Made by a program: the position numbers and the translations under genes. From assembly GCA_043228905.1 (NCBI GenBank), contig JBHGNT010000004.1, positions 20,894,001-20,958,000 on the forward strand: DNA of 64,000 nt. Direction: 5' to 3'. Source of the DNA: Azolla caroliniana (Eukaryota > Plantae > Polypodiophyta). The notes below the pieces were generated by a model that worked only from the letters and a program-made list of their open reading frames with translations, did not search any database and was not told the DNA's origin. Shown one piece after another: positions 1 to 12,236 of this stretch; positions within the stretch are counted from its first letter, which is position 1, and each line of letters opens with the position of its first letter.

Positions 1-1345
1 TACTTCCATATGTCTTAGTTCACATTCACATTAGACAAGGTGTTAGGGCGCAAACAATGAGATTAGCCAACTATGCACATTTTGTCGTAAACAAGTTTGA
101 GAGACTTGTCTATCGCACAAACATATTTGACTCAACCCAATCCTTGGCCAAATTTCCCTCACAACCGCAATTTACACTCTCAATTGCAACGTTCATTGAT
201 AAAGTTTTTGAATGTTGCGAGTTGCTACTCACTTTCACATGTATTCATGAAAACTTTGACCTTTGAAAACAATAATAAAAAGTATCTATCCACACATACT
301 CATTATCTCTATTTGCCTTATTTGCCCACACACAAACATCTATCTAGACTCTCTTTATTTTAAGGTCAAACTTTCAAGACTCATCAACATCAACTTGAAC
401 TTGAATGCCCATACACTCTCTATCATCTCTCTCTATACTTTCTAACTCTTCTTAGATGCTCTCTCTTCACAAACATGCTCCCTAGATTCTCCTACTCTAC
501 AAAAACATACTCCCCATATTCTCTCTCTAGACACTCTCTTTATGCACAAGTCAAACTCTCAATACTCGTCAACATCCATTTTTATTGGAATCATCTTTCT
601 CTTCCTCCCCATCTTCCTTTGAACAAAACATTCCATGCATCCAACTAGGACACAAAAATTTGCTTCTATGTGTATTATATATATGTATCTTTTTGCCTAC
701 TTCGTATGAGATTCAATGTAAATAAATTTTTTGAACTTTAAAAATGTACTTAACAACCCCTTTAAATGGTTGTGATCTCAATGGGAAGTGATATTCTCTC
801 TCTCAAGAAGCAAGAGGGCGAGAGACATTTATTTATTGATTTTGAGAAACTTTGAAAGATAACACTTTTTGACAATTTCAAACTTTTTTTAAGTGAACTT
901 AGGGATGTTAAAGATCTATAGATCCCTCCCATTGGGAAGGCCCATTTAATTTCTCTGCCATTGCAAATGTTCTCTAATGCATCATGAGCTTTCTTTTATA
1001 CCAAATTATTCCATCTCTGATTTGAGGGATGATTTATCCTTATTTTGGTTATTCACAAACGTAATCTTTACTTTAGAATTATTGATAGTCAACTAAGCAT
1101 GCACACAAAACTTTTCCAAATGCCCTCTCAAGATTTTGTGCATCTTCTAAAGTTTTTGCAAAAAAACACGATATTATTTATGCAGAACAAAAATAGGACG
1201 ATTACATTCTCAACGGTAACTCCTTCGATGCTTTCTTCCTATCTTAACTTGTCAATTATTTGTTGTAATTCACTAGAATGCTTGTATAGACTAAATAGAG
1301 TTGGTGAGAGTGGGCATCCTTACTTAAATGTGAAATTTTCATCAT
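1..1345 (-). mobile_element. Degenerate non-LTR retrotransposon (LINE) reverse-transcriptase remnant
   Basis: The minus strand at ~1285-1320 encodes GCPLSPTLFSLY (RT motif), followed by VLFLFC..NIV (degenerate FADD region); many stops. Confidence 0.55.
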
Positions 1346-2009
1346 CAATATACACACGTGACATGTAATGTTCCGATAGATTCAAGACTTGTACTAGAGA
1401 GAGAGAGAGAGAGATGATATGATATGATTTAGATTTGAACATAAATGAGTGGCTTGTATAGTATGTATGTATAATGTAGTAAATGTATTGTTGTGTGTTC
1501 ATGAGATACATTCAATGCTCTCTCTTCTCTGCATTCATTATTGTTGTATACATATTGTGTGGCTAAGGCCCCTCTCTCTATCTCTCAAAAGGTAAACAAA
1601 GCAATGTTACATTTTGGATCTCGGGTTCTCAACTCTACGTTTTCTCCTCTCTATCAATGCTTGAATAATTTCCAATTCCAAAACACTCTCGTATAATAGT
1701 CTTCTCCATAGGAGTGGTCAAGCAGTCTTTCTCTATTCAATCATCTTCACTTAATTTGGGATTCTATCTTCTAAATCATCTGGTGTGGAAAACAAATCTT
1801 AGATTGCGCATAAAGAAGAAATCCTTCAAGAGTGGTGGTAGTGTTCTTCTAAGCCAAATTAAGAGCGCAATCAAAGAAAGCTTTAATGTCGACAACAACG
1901 AGGATGGGACCCCATCAGTGGTGTTAATAGGCATAAGAAAATGGAGTTTCAATGTTGTGTTTCACTCATGGTGAGACTCCTCAACTAAACCATTCTTCGT
2001 GGTCAAGTA

Positions 2010-5000
2010 ATGAGTTCATCGACGAAGATGCAAGAAGAAGAATACATATCTACTTCTGGAAGGGGGGGCATATCAGATAATGATGAAATGCGGGCCAAAT
2101 ACTACCACCAAGTGAACATCCTAAAGAAGGCAACATTCATCGAGGGATTCAAGAGCACGGTACGAGAGATGTTGTTTCCAGAGGGGACGTTCCAGAAGCT
2201 TCCTAAGGGTGCTTCTTCTTCGACGACGAGCCCAAGAAGATCTCTCTATCTTGCCCTTGCCAACATATTCCCGATCCTCCACTGGATCCACGACTATAAT
2301 GTCAACACCTTCAAGGATGACCTAATTGCAGGCCTCACGATTGGCAGCCTCTCCATCCCTCAGGACATTGGCAACGCGAACCTCGCCAAATTGCCGCCCA
2401 TATATGGCCTATGTAAGTCCATTCTTCTTATGTCTACCATCTATATCTAGTTAGTAGGAATCGACAACGGCTTGATTGAAGCTTGAAACCAAACTGTTAA
2501 AGGGTTGGCATTTTAGCAGTTCAGTTTGGTTTAGGCTTGAGCTTCCATAACTGGTTTGAGTTATGTTTGGGATGGCTCAAGCCGAACCGAACCGGTTATG
2601 GCTTAATCGGCTTGGCTAAACTGGTTCATATACCGGTTTAGGAGCCGGTTCGGTTCAAGTTTGGAACCTCCCAAACCGGTTAACGCTTAACCGGTTTGGT
2701 TGGGACAAGGCCATATTAGTTAAGCCAAAACCGAACAGTTGCCGATTCCCACGTAGTTAAGTCATGATTTCATCACATTTTTAAGTTGGAGAAGAGTATG
2801 GTTCCTCACTCTAAACCCTAAACCCTGGTTCCTCACCCTAAACCCTAAACCCTGGTTTCTCATGAAGTTCCAACGATCTCATATCATAGGTGCATCATGT
2901 ATCCCCCACCTGAGTTCAATTCTGCAGCTCGCAGTTTCGCTAATGAATCCTCTCGTGAAACCCTGCACCACGAATCTTCTCATGGCACCCTACATAACCT
3001 TTGCAGGGTTTATACAGCTCCTGGATTCACCTGCCGCAGCATGAATTCTCTCATGAAACCGATCATTCATTTGTTATGTCATTAATCCTCTCCTTAAGTT
3101 CAAATCCTCACCTCCATCTGTGACGTGAAATCTTCCCAACAAACCCTTCAAGCTGTGCAGGGTTTATTGCGAGGGTTCTTGACATAATGAACAGAGTCCT
3201 TCGTTTGTGTGACAAATGATCTTCATTTGAGTTTTCGGATTGTAGACCTCAATATGCCATGACATATCCACGCATGTATGTAATTTGCACTAAATTTTAA
3301 TGCAGACACTAGCTTTGTTCCACCTCTCCTGTACTCGATCCTGGGAGTTTCGAGAGAAATTGCCATCGGCCCTGTTGCTGTTGTGTCCATCCTTTTGGGG
3401 AACTTGGCAACGAAGGAGTTCCCTCTCCCCTCTGCCATCGCTGACTCATGTGATACCGCCTCTTTGAAGATCATCAATGCAGCTTGCACTGGATATACTG
3501 AGTCCTACCTCTCCCTCATCTTCACTGCCACATTCTTCACCGGAGTTTTCCAGGCTACTCTTGGCTTCTTCAGGTTATTGATAGTATCTTAAATACATAA
3601 TTATGTTCTATTTCCTGTGAATGTGTGTGTGTATACATATATGAAGTCTTGCACGTTTTCCCGACCATGATACCCACATTGTGGATTAGGATCTAAAGGC
3701 GATGAGCGTCTGTAAGCCAGCTAACCATACATAGGTGTGGTGGGGATCCATTCCACCTGTCTCACCTAGCTAGGTATGCTCAACCTTGGAAGCTCATGAT
3801 GTTATAACATTGTAGGGGGACAAGGAAAATGGGTTCTTTGTCACATGGGAAAATAACTGTAACTTTTGTGTATATTGCGAAGATACCACTATATTTATAT
3901 TTTGAATTTCCCAAACCTGAACTTTAATTGACCTTTAGGACATGCTTTTGACACAGGCTTGGCTTTGTTGTTGATTATCTGTCCTATGCTGCAATTGTTG
4001 GCTTTATGGCTGGTGCAGCCCTCACCATTGCTCTTCAGCAGCTCAAAGGTCTTCTTGGAATACCATTGTTTACCAGGAACACCGACATTGTATCTGTCCT
4101 TCATTCAGTTTTTGAGCAGACAAACAAGGTATGGCATGTGTTATAATTCTCAAATGATCTCTTGTCGATGTAAATCCTGGTGAGACCAATGCTACTTGTT
4201 CTTTTATTGATGTTATAATGGCATGAACAGTGGAATTGGGAGACGATTGTAATCGGCCTCTTCTTCCTGGGATTCCTTCTACTAACCAGATATATCGTAA
4301 GTTACAACAGTAATCTCAGTGTACACACTTTGTCATTAGCATCAACATGGAGGTAAAAAGTGAATAAGCCCAGAGGTTGACCTTTCCAATATTCATGGCA
4401 ACATGGCATATTCATAAGGTCATGATTGGACATAGGTAGTAAAGTGGTATAACTACGAAGCACAGACAATATGTTTGTGCTATGGCATTGAGGGATCCTT
4501 TATATTTCACCTAATGAGCCAAAGGTTGGGATAATAGGTTAAATTGAGAGTCCATGTTTAGCTAAGCTTCCCAAGGCACTTGTTTTCAAAATTCTTTATT
4601 AATTGACAATCTTGACATTCTTACATAATTTTGGGTATCACATCTCATGATTACATAAGAAAAACACTAACTTGCTTTGCTAATTCTGTGTATTTTAAAA
4701 TTTCAACTCAGGCCAAGAAGAGGCCAAGGTTTTTCTGGATATCTGCAATTGCCCCTCTCATCTCTGTCATCCTTTCAACTCTCTTCGTTAAAGTCACTCA
4801 TGTGAATGAGCATGGTGTTGCCACTGTATGCTATACTATATCTGTGTCAAAGCATTGTGTTGATGATGTCAGAGACCTGTGTATAACAATTGATTTGTGC
4901 TATGCAGGCAGGACATATTGAGAAGTGCATAAATCCATCATCAATCAAACGCATTGTGTTTCATAGTCCCATCCTTAGACATGCTCTTGTTATTGCTGTT

Positions 5001-8000
5001 CAAGCAACTCTTGTTGCACTTGCAGTAAGTACTACACACCCATTGAGAGCATGGCAATATATCATTATCTTTAGCAATCTAAATTGAAATAAAACGGACA
5101 ATATATTGCAGGAAGGGATTGCAATAGGAAGGACGTTTGCATCTATAAGAGATTATAACATTAATGGCAACAAGGAGATGATAGCTTTTGGAACAATGAA
5201 TATTATTGGATCATGCACTTCTTGCTATGTTGCCACAGGTAAACTAAGTTGCTAGAAAGACATTTTGTATCTAAATTATTTGTAACGCATTTTGTAACTG
5301 AATTAACAGTAAGGCTTTTTGTAATTAGCATATGTGCGATCATGTATAGTGACATGTCTGTTATTATTAATGCATGTCAGAAGCTTCAATATAATCAATT
5401 CCAGGAATTTGGGAAATTTCCGAAATTCATTACTAATTTGGTGTCTGATCATTCTGGCATCAATCATACTAATGAAGGGTGATCATGCATGTCACATGTA
5501 GGATCCTTCAGTCGATCGGCTGTGAATTATAATGCTGGTTGCAAGACACCAATGTCCAACATAGTAATGTCCATCATGGTACTTCTGGTATTGGCAGTGG
5601 CGACACCGCTCTTTCACAATACTCCCAACTGCGTCATTGCATCCATAATCATAAATGCAGTTCTTGGCTTAGTTGACTACAATGCCATGTACAAGATTTG
5701 GAGAGTTGATATGCCTGACTTCATCATCATGGTTGGTACCTTCCTCGGAGTTGTTTTTGGTTCTATTGAAGTCGGCCTTCTCATTGCGGTATGCATCATC
5801 CTTGATTTGGAAACTACTTAATGAATATTGTAATAGTGTGCTGTTCTTCTATGATTTTCTTGCTTTTTGTGAGCTTGATGTATGAGAATATGTGCATCTT
5901 AACCTGAGTGGAGTCAATTATGCTAGACTAGACAACTGGTTGCTCATGAGATAATGGGCCTACTTCTAGCCTAACTGAGTCAATGAAACATCTTAACAAG
6001 TGAGACATAACAATACCTGAATAGCTTCAACTATGCCAAAGATAGTAGGGCACGTTAATCTCTTGTCTTTGGTTTATTCGATTGTATAAAGTAGGCATAG
6101 ACACCATACCTTACTGGAGCTACTGGCAGATGAGCCTCTACTACCTAATGGGCCTATGTCTAGTCTAGTTTATTCCATTATGGTTATCCATCAATGAACT
6201 AATGGAATAATCTCTGGTCTAATGGACTCCATTAAGGTAATTAACTAATGGAATAATCTTTGGTCTAATGGACTGTATTAAGGTGTGGTCATAGCTTTCT
6301 CTAATGGATTCCAGTAAGGGGAATACTAATGATAATATAAATGATGGTTTGAGAAGGTGGACCTCAATTATAAGGGGTGCAACTTTATGGTATATATGGA
6401 ACCATAAAGCTATGCTTTAGATTATGGCTGTAATAATATCCCTCTTCTAAATCTCTACATGATTGTGTCTTATAAGGGAATGCATCCATAATGATGTAGG
6501 GATATCTCGTATTGACGACTCCTTTGTTGACGATTCTTTCTTTGCCTTTGTGGCCTTCATTGCCAATGACCAAGCTCCTACTTTCACATAGATTCTTGAT
6601 ACAGGAGAAATATGTCATCTTATATCACGGGTAGAATGGCTTCAAAACTACATGTCATCAGAAAATCCTTGTGTGACGATATTTTGGAACAATGGGGTTG
6701 AGTATGCCCGTGGCCATGATGTAGCTCATATTGAAGTATCTGATGGCAATTTATTGCGATCAAAGAAGTTCTTTATATACCACGCATAGTAAAAAACTTA
6801 CTATCTGTAAACAAACTCATGGATGACAATACTTCTGTTGAATTTTTTCACCATAAATGCTTCATTCATTATAAGACACCCTTTGGTAAAGGCTACACGG
6901 TTAATTGTCCATGACAAGGACATCTTTATTTTCCTGTCAATCATATGATACTTGCTCAGGAAGCATACCACATAGACAAAACAGAAGACTGTTCTAGTTC
7001 TTGGTGGGCTCGACCCTTTCCCTGGAACTGAACAACTAGCAAACCTCACCAGCCCCACCAACTCTGGTCTAGCTGCATGTTCACCTTCTAGATAGTGCCC
7101 CTCTGTTGTCTTGATCTTTGTTTTCACGATCAATTATGTCACTTGCTTCATGCATAATCCTCGTTTAACGCATTAGAAATCACTTCAAAGAGTTGTGTTA
7201 TATCTGAAACACACCTCTAACTATAGTATAACATGTAAAAGGTGTCAATTGGATAGACCAATCAAATCACTATGGAGAAGATTGAATCTTGTAGATTTAT
7301 TGCTAGTTTTTCTTTATCATGGCAGGAGCAACTATCACATGGCAATTGAAAAAGCAAGCCTCTGTGATACTGAATTTGTAGTGGTAACATTGGCTGTGAA
7401 AGGACTATGGTTTCATGACTTTACTTAAAGGACTATAACTATGCAAGCCATAGTTGAAGATATTTTGTGATAGCATATTGTATATCTACTTGGCAAAGAA
7501 TCCAAACCATTTGGAGAAAATAAACCATACGGACTTGAAGTATCATTTCATAAGAGAGGTGACCAAAGACAACAAACTTACATTGGCATATCCATCGACA
7601 AAATCATATATAGTCTGATTCCTTAAGAAAGGCTCTACCAGCATATATAGTTTATGGGGCATTGAAATAAACTAATTAGAAGAAAAGAAAATAATAATTG
7701 TAATGATATGAAAGATGGTTTGAAAAGGTGAATTCCAATTAAAATGGGCGTAACTTCATGATATATGCAAGGTTGGTTTGAAGAATGACGGTTCTACAAA
7801 ATAGAGATCAAAGAATACGTAAATATTCATATGTAAATAGATATATCTATATAAATGGATCGGATATCTTGTTTGACTGAAAAGGTTTACGAATATTTGA
7901 CCTCTGAAGACGATAATATAATCTATCTATCTCTCTCTCTCTCTCTCGGAAGGTTGAAGTTCTGAATAAATTCCCGTGGCAGGGGTGGGGTGTGATCATT

Positions 8001-11000
8001 GGATGTTTCCGTAAGCAGTAAACAGAAAATCTTTATCCAAGATCATGTATTGGATAAAGTTGATAGTGCACGTGATTGGGGCCAAAGGTCCGATTCGTTT
8101 GGTAGATTTGGACCTTTGATCAAGGTTGTTGCGTACCCTGGAAAGATCCGTAAGTTGTGTACGAAGTTCCTATGATCAAGTGTTCCTAGCCCAAGTGAAC
8201 ATTTTAGTGAATGTCTTAAAATTGGCCTCTCTAACTGGTAAGGTGGGTGTCCACTTCCGATCTTTGGTTTACTCAAATCTTTAAAGTATCCTTACGCATA
8301 TACCTTAATGGAGTCAGTTAGGGTATAGGCAGATGGGCCCATCTCTAGTCTAATTTATTCCATTAACGCATGGTTATCTGTTAGTGATCTTTGGTGTAGT
8401 AGATTCCATTAAGGTATGGTCACAGCTAAGGGAATAATCTTTGGTCTAATGGACTTCATTAAGGTATGGTTACAGCTAAGGGAATAATTGTTGGTGTAAT
8501 GGACTCCATTAAGGTGTGGTCACATGTATGCTCCAAACAGTTGATGACCTACAATATATGTTATTAATAGCATTTTTTATGTGATATATGGTGTTAACGC
8601 ATGTTCTATCTGGCTCCTAGGTTTGTCTCTCTATAGCCAAGATCTTGTTACATTTAACCAGGCCCTATACAGCAGTTCTGGGAAACATTCCTGGAACTAG
8701 TATTTACCGAAACATTGAGCAATATCCAGATTCTCTCAAAGAACATGGTATATTGGTGATTCGAATTGATGCTGCAATCTTCTTCTCAAATGCAAACTAT
8801 CTCCGGGAAAGGTAAGCCACATGAACCCATCTTTAGTTTTCATCTCATTGCAGTGGTAGGTTATTAAACATTATTTAATATATATTTAGTTTCCATATGG
8901 CCTAATATTTTGTGCCACAATTCAACTGCATTTTCTGTTTCTGCAACTGCAATGAATCAACCAGGAAGAGCTCAACATGAGAAGCAATAGAGTGTAACTC
9001 TCTTGCTACCCTAGACAATGAGTTTTGTACCACATACAATCTTCCACGCTCCACCTATGAAAATTGTGGTATAGCCCTATAAATCAGCTGTCCCACAGAC
9101 AACAAGCTCTTCTTGATCCCCAGAACAAAGCAAACTTGGTCTAGCGTTAGTTTTTGACCATTTTGCATGGCTGCTCTAACAACGTCAAGTCCTTCAATAT
9201 AGCAGGCATGGTTATTGTCAAGGTAAACCTTCCCAAAATTATCTACAGAAAATGAAAGAAAGAACTCCCTAGCAGGAGTTGTAATAAAAGGAGACATTAG
9301 AGTCAATTATCCATGTTTGAATAACAAAATCTTGTATTGTCAACAATACATTTATTAAAGTTGTATCGGTAATTCTGATATCCACAACATATGATATATC
9401 CTCTATGTCAAGAATTTCTTGAATGGTGACTTTAGAGGCTATATTTGCATTCTTCCTCTCTTTTCCTTTGTTGTTGTCCACTCCATATTTCTTTTTCTGT
9501 TGTATCTTTCTATTGTTTTCAAGCTCTTGTTTGTAAAATCTACAATCAAGCTTTTTATATACTTTATGGCCATATGTTGAAAGCAAGTGGTTTCTTTCCC
9601 CCCTCCTTTGATGCATTCTCTCATAGAGTGGCCATGGAGAATTACCTCATTATGAACATGAGTATTAACTCTCGTAGAGCCTTAACACTCGTTTGCACTC
9701 GATCACACAACCTAGGTATTGAATCAAAATCAGCCAAACATAAAGACATGTAAGGTATGCAAGGGCTAGTAGAGGATGAATATCACTTGCTTTTTACATG
9801 CTCTGCATATAGTGCAATTCATGAAAGCTATAATGATATGTTAAGAGGGGGTGATGACTTAAGTATCACACAAAAGAGAACACCTAGAAGGTTGAGCTCA
9901 TATGTGTATTCACACATCAAGACTTGGTGCTTCAAAGTATGAATATCCCTTCTTAAGAAGGAGACACACATCAAGATAACTTTTGTATTTAGGTCCTACG
10001 GGTCAATATTGGCCTCTCTATGGACGCTAAAAATATCTATCTATCTTTGTTGCAACCCTCCCTCTTGTTATGTTGGAAGAACTAGAAAACTCCCCCTTAC
10101 TTTTTCGACGAATTTATTCATTGAGGATGGCTCCTCTAACTCTGATAATGTAAGACTTGCACTACTTGAGTGTGAGACTACAAGAGCCTCCCATGTTTTC
10201 GGTAGACAATGTCATGAGTAAGAAGATTGCCTTCATTTTGTCATCAAAGATTTGCAATCCCACAAGTTGAAGTTGATTGAGTAAACCATTGAATGTTGAA
10301 ATGTGTTCAGTTGCAGACGTGGCATCCTCAAGTCATGCAGCCATGAGCCTTCTCATCAAGTGAACTTGATTCACTGCAGTGGTTTACTCATACATAGTCT
10401 TCAGTTTGCTCCATACCTCATGACCACTAGTCAGCACCTTGATATTTCCTAAAACTTCATTTGATACTGTCATGTAAATGTGGGCAACTACCTTACTGTT
10501 GAGCATTTTCCAAGTTGCATCATCCATACCAGCTGATTTGTTTTCCTCCTATGCTTCTGCATTGCCATGTAAATGCGGGTAACTGCATTATGATTGAGCA
10601 GTTTCTAATTTGCTTCATCCATACCAGCTGATTTGTTTTCCTCCAATGCTTCTGCACATCCTTGTAAGTAAAGTGTGCTTCCCATTCTTACCTTCCATAA
10701 GTTGAATCTAGTGCCATTAAACTTCCTGAATTGTACCCCAACGTTGACTAATATATATTTGCCAAGGTAAAAGAAAGAATACAAAACTGACATGAAAACA
10801 AAACACCCACTTATTCAAGGTGGAAGACTAAGCAATGGAGATCTTGAAAGGATGCAACAGTCGTGCTGATACCAATTGCAAAGAAATAGAAGATAGAATG
10901 GGATTATTTTGAAATATCTAAAGGCAGAGATAGAGAAAGTAAAAACAATTATGGGGTTTAACACATAGGAGAGGTTAAATAAAGCAGAAGCAATTCTGCA

Positions 11001-12177
11001 AAAACAAAAGCCCACAACTTAAAAACAAAATGTACAAGGTAGGAGTACACACACACACACACACACACTTTATGCTTTCTTTAATCTCTCCTATGTGTTA
11101 AATCCCATAATTGTTTAACACCACTCAAGCATGGGTAACAAGATCAGAACCAGAATTCTTCTTGGGTGAGAAAAAGGTGGAATACACATGCTCCTACACA
11201 TACCTAGGAGTAACATTTACAGGACCTAGGTTCTCCTTACAGGAGGCTGCTTGTGCTCGACATTCTCGTGGATATGCAGCCCTTGGTGCTCTCGAGAGAC
11301 AATGTTGACATTTGCAGTTCCAAGAGCCACGGACTAAGCTATGGTTATTTGATACACTTGTCACACCAACTCTATTCTATGGAGTAGAAACATGGGGACC
11401 GAATCTTAACAAGGCAAATCATTGGAAAGATTTAGAGAGACCTTTAGTGTCAATGATTGCTTGCATGATAAGGAGCAAAGCATCGGTGCCCCACGAGATA
11501 ATCCGGGCAGAGATGGGAGCAACACCTATAATAACCGAGGCATAGTTCCGGTCAGTGACATTTATCCAATGTCTTTGGGAGCTCCTAATGCTATTCAGGG
11601 TGCTTCCATCCCATCCTTTTTGTCTATGGTATCTTCTTGGGGTCTTCCATGGATCTGGACCCTTGTCATGCATGTTAAGATCCATCTTTTCATTTTCTGT
11701 CCATTCAGACTCCATGGTGTCTTAGGACAGCAGGTATAGGGTATGAGATGCTGAGGGCAGAGAGAGAGAAAGAAAGAAATATTAACGTCTTTTAAGAGGC
11801 CAAAATGGCCTATAAGACCAAATAAGAGATTACATATTGAATGTTGTCTCGTCTTTGAGAACTCAAAACAAAATAAATATTACACAGTAAATATAAAAGT
11901 AAATAAGATGAAAAGAGAAGAAACGAGGGAATTTGGTTTTTGGCACAGGTGAGATTCTCAAGTTAGGTATATTGTAGCTTTTGTCTTCAAAAGATCTCTA
12001 GCATAGGTCGATCCAAAATGGAAATGTCTCCGAAGCAAGGGAAGCACCTACGATGGCGGGAGATAATGGCTTTTATCTGTCGATGACAAGGGTGTTGAGG
12101 TAGTGGTCCATGGGCCCGGGGCCTACGAGAGAGATAGATAGATAGATAGATAGATTATATTATCGTCTTCGGAGGTC

Positions 12178-12236
<59 letters not shown>

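Noticed and set aside
11075-12130. Opposite-orientation LINE pieces as one twin-primed (5'-inverted) insertion
   Set aside because: The geometry is wrong: the tail of the minus-strand piece faces the plus-strand ORF fragment, so they are better explained as independent insertions.
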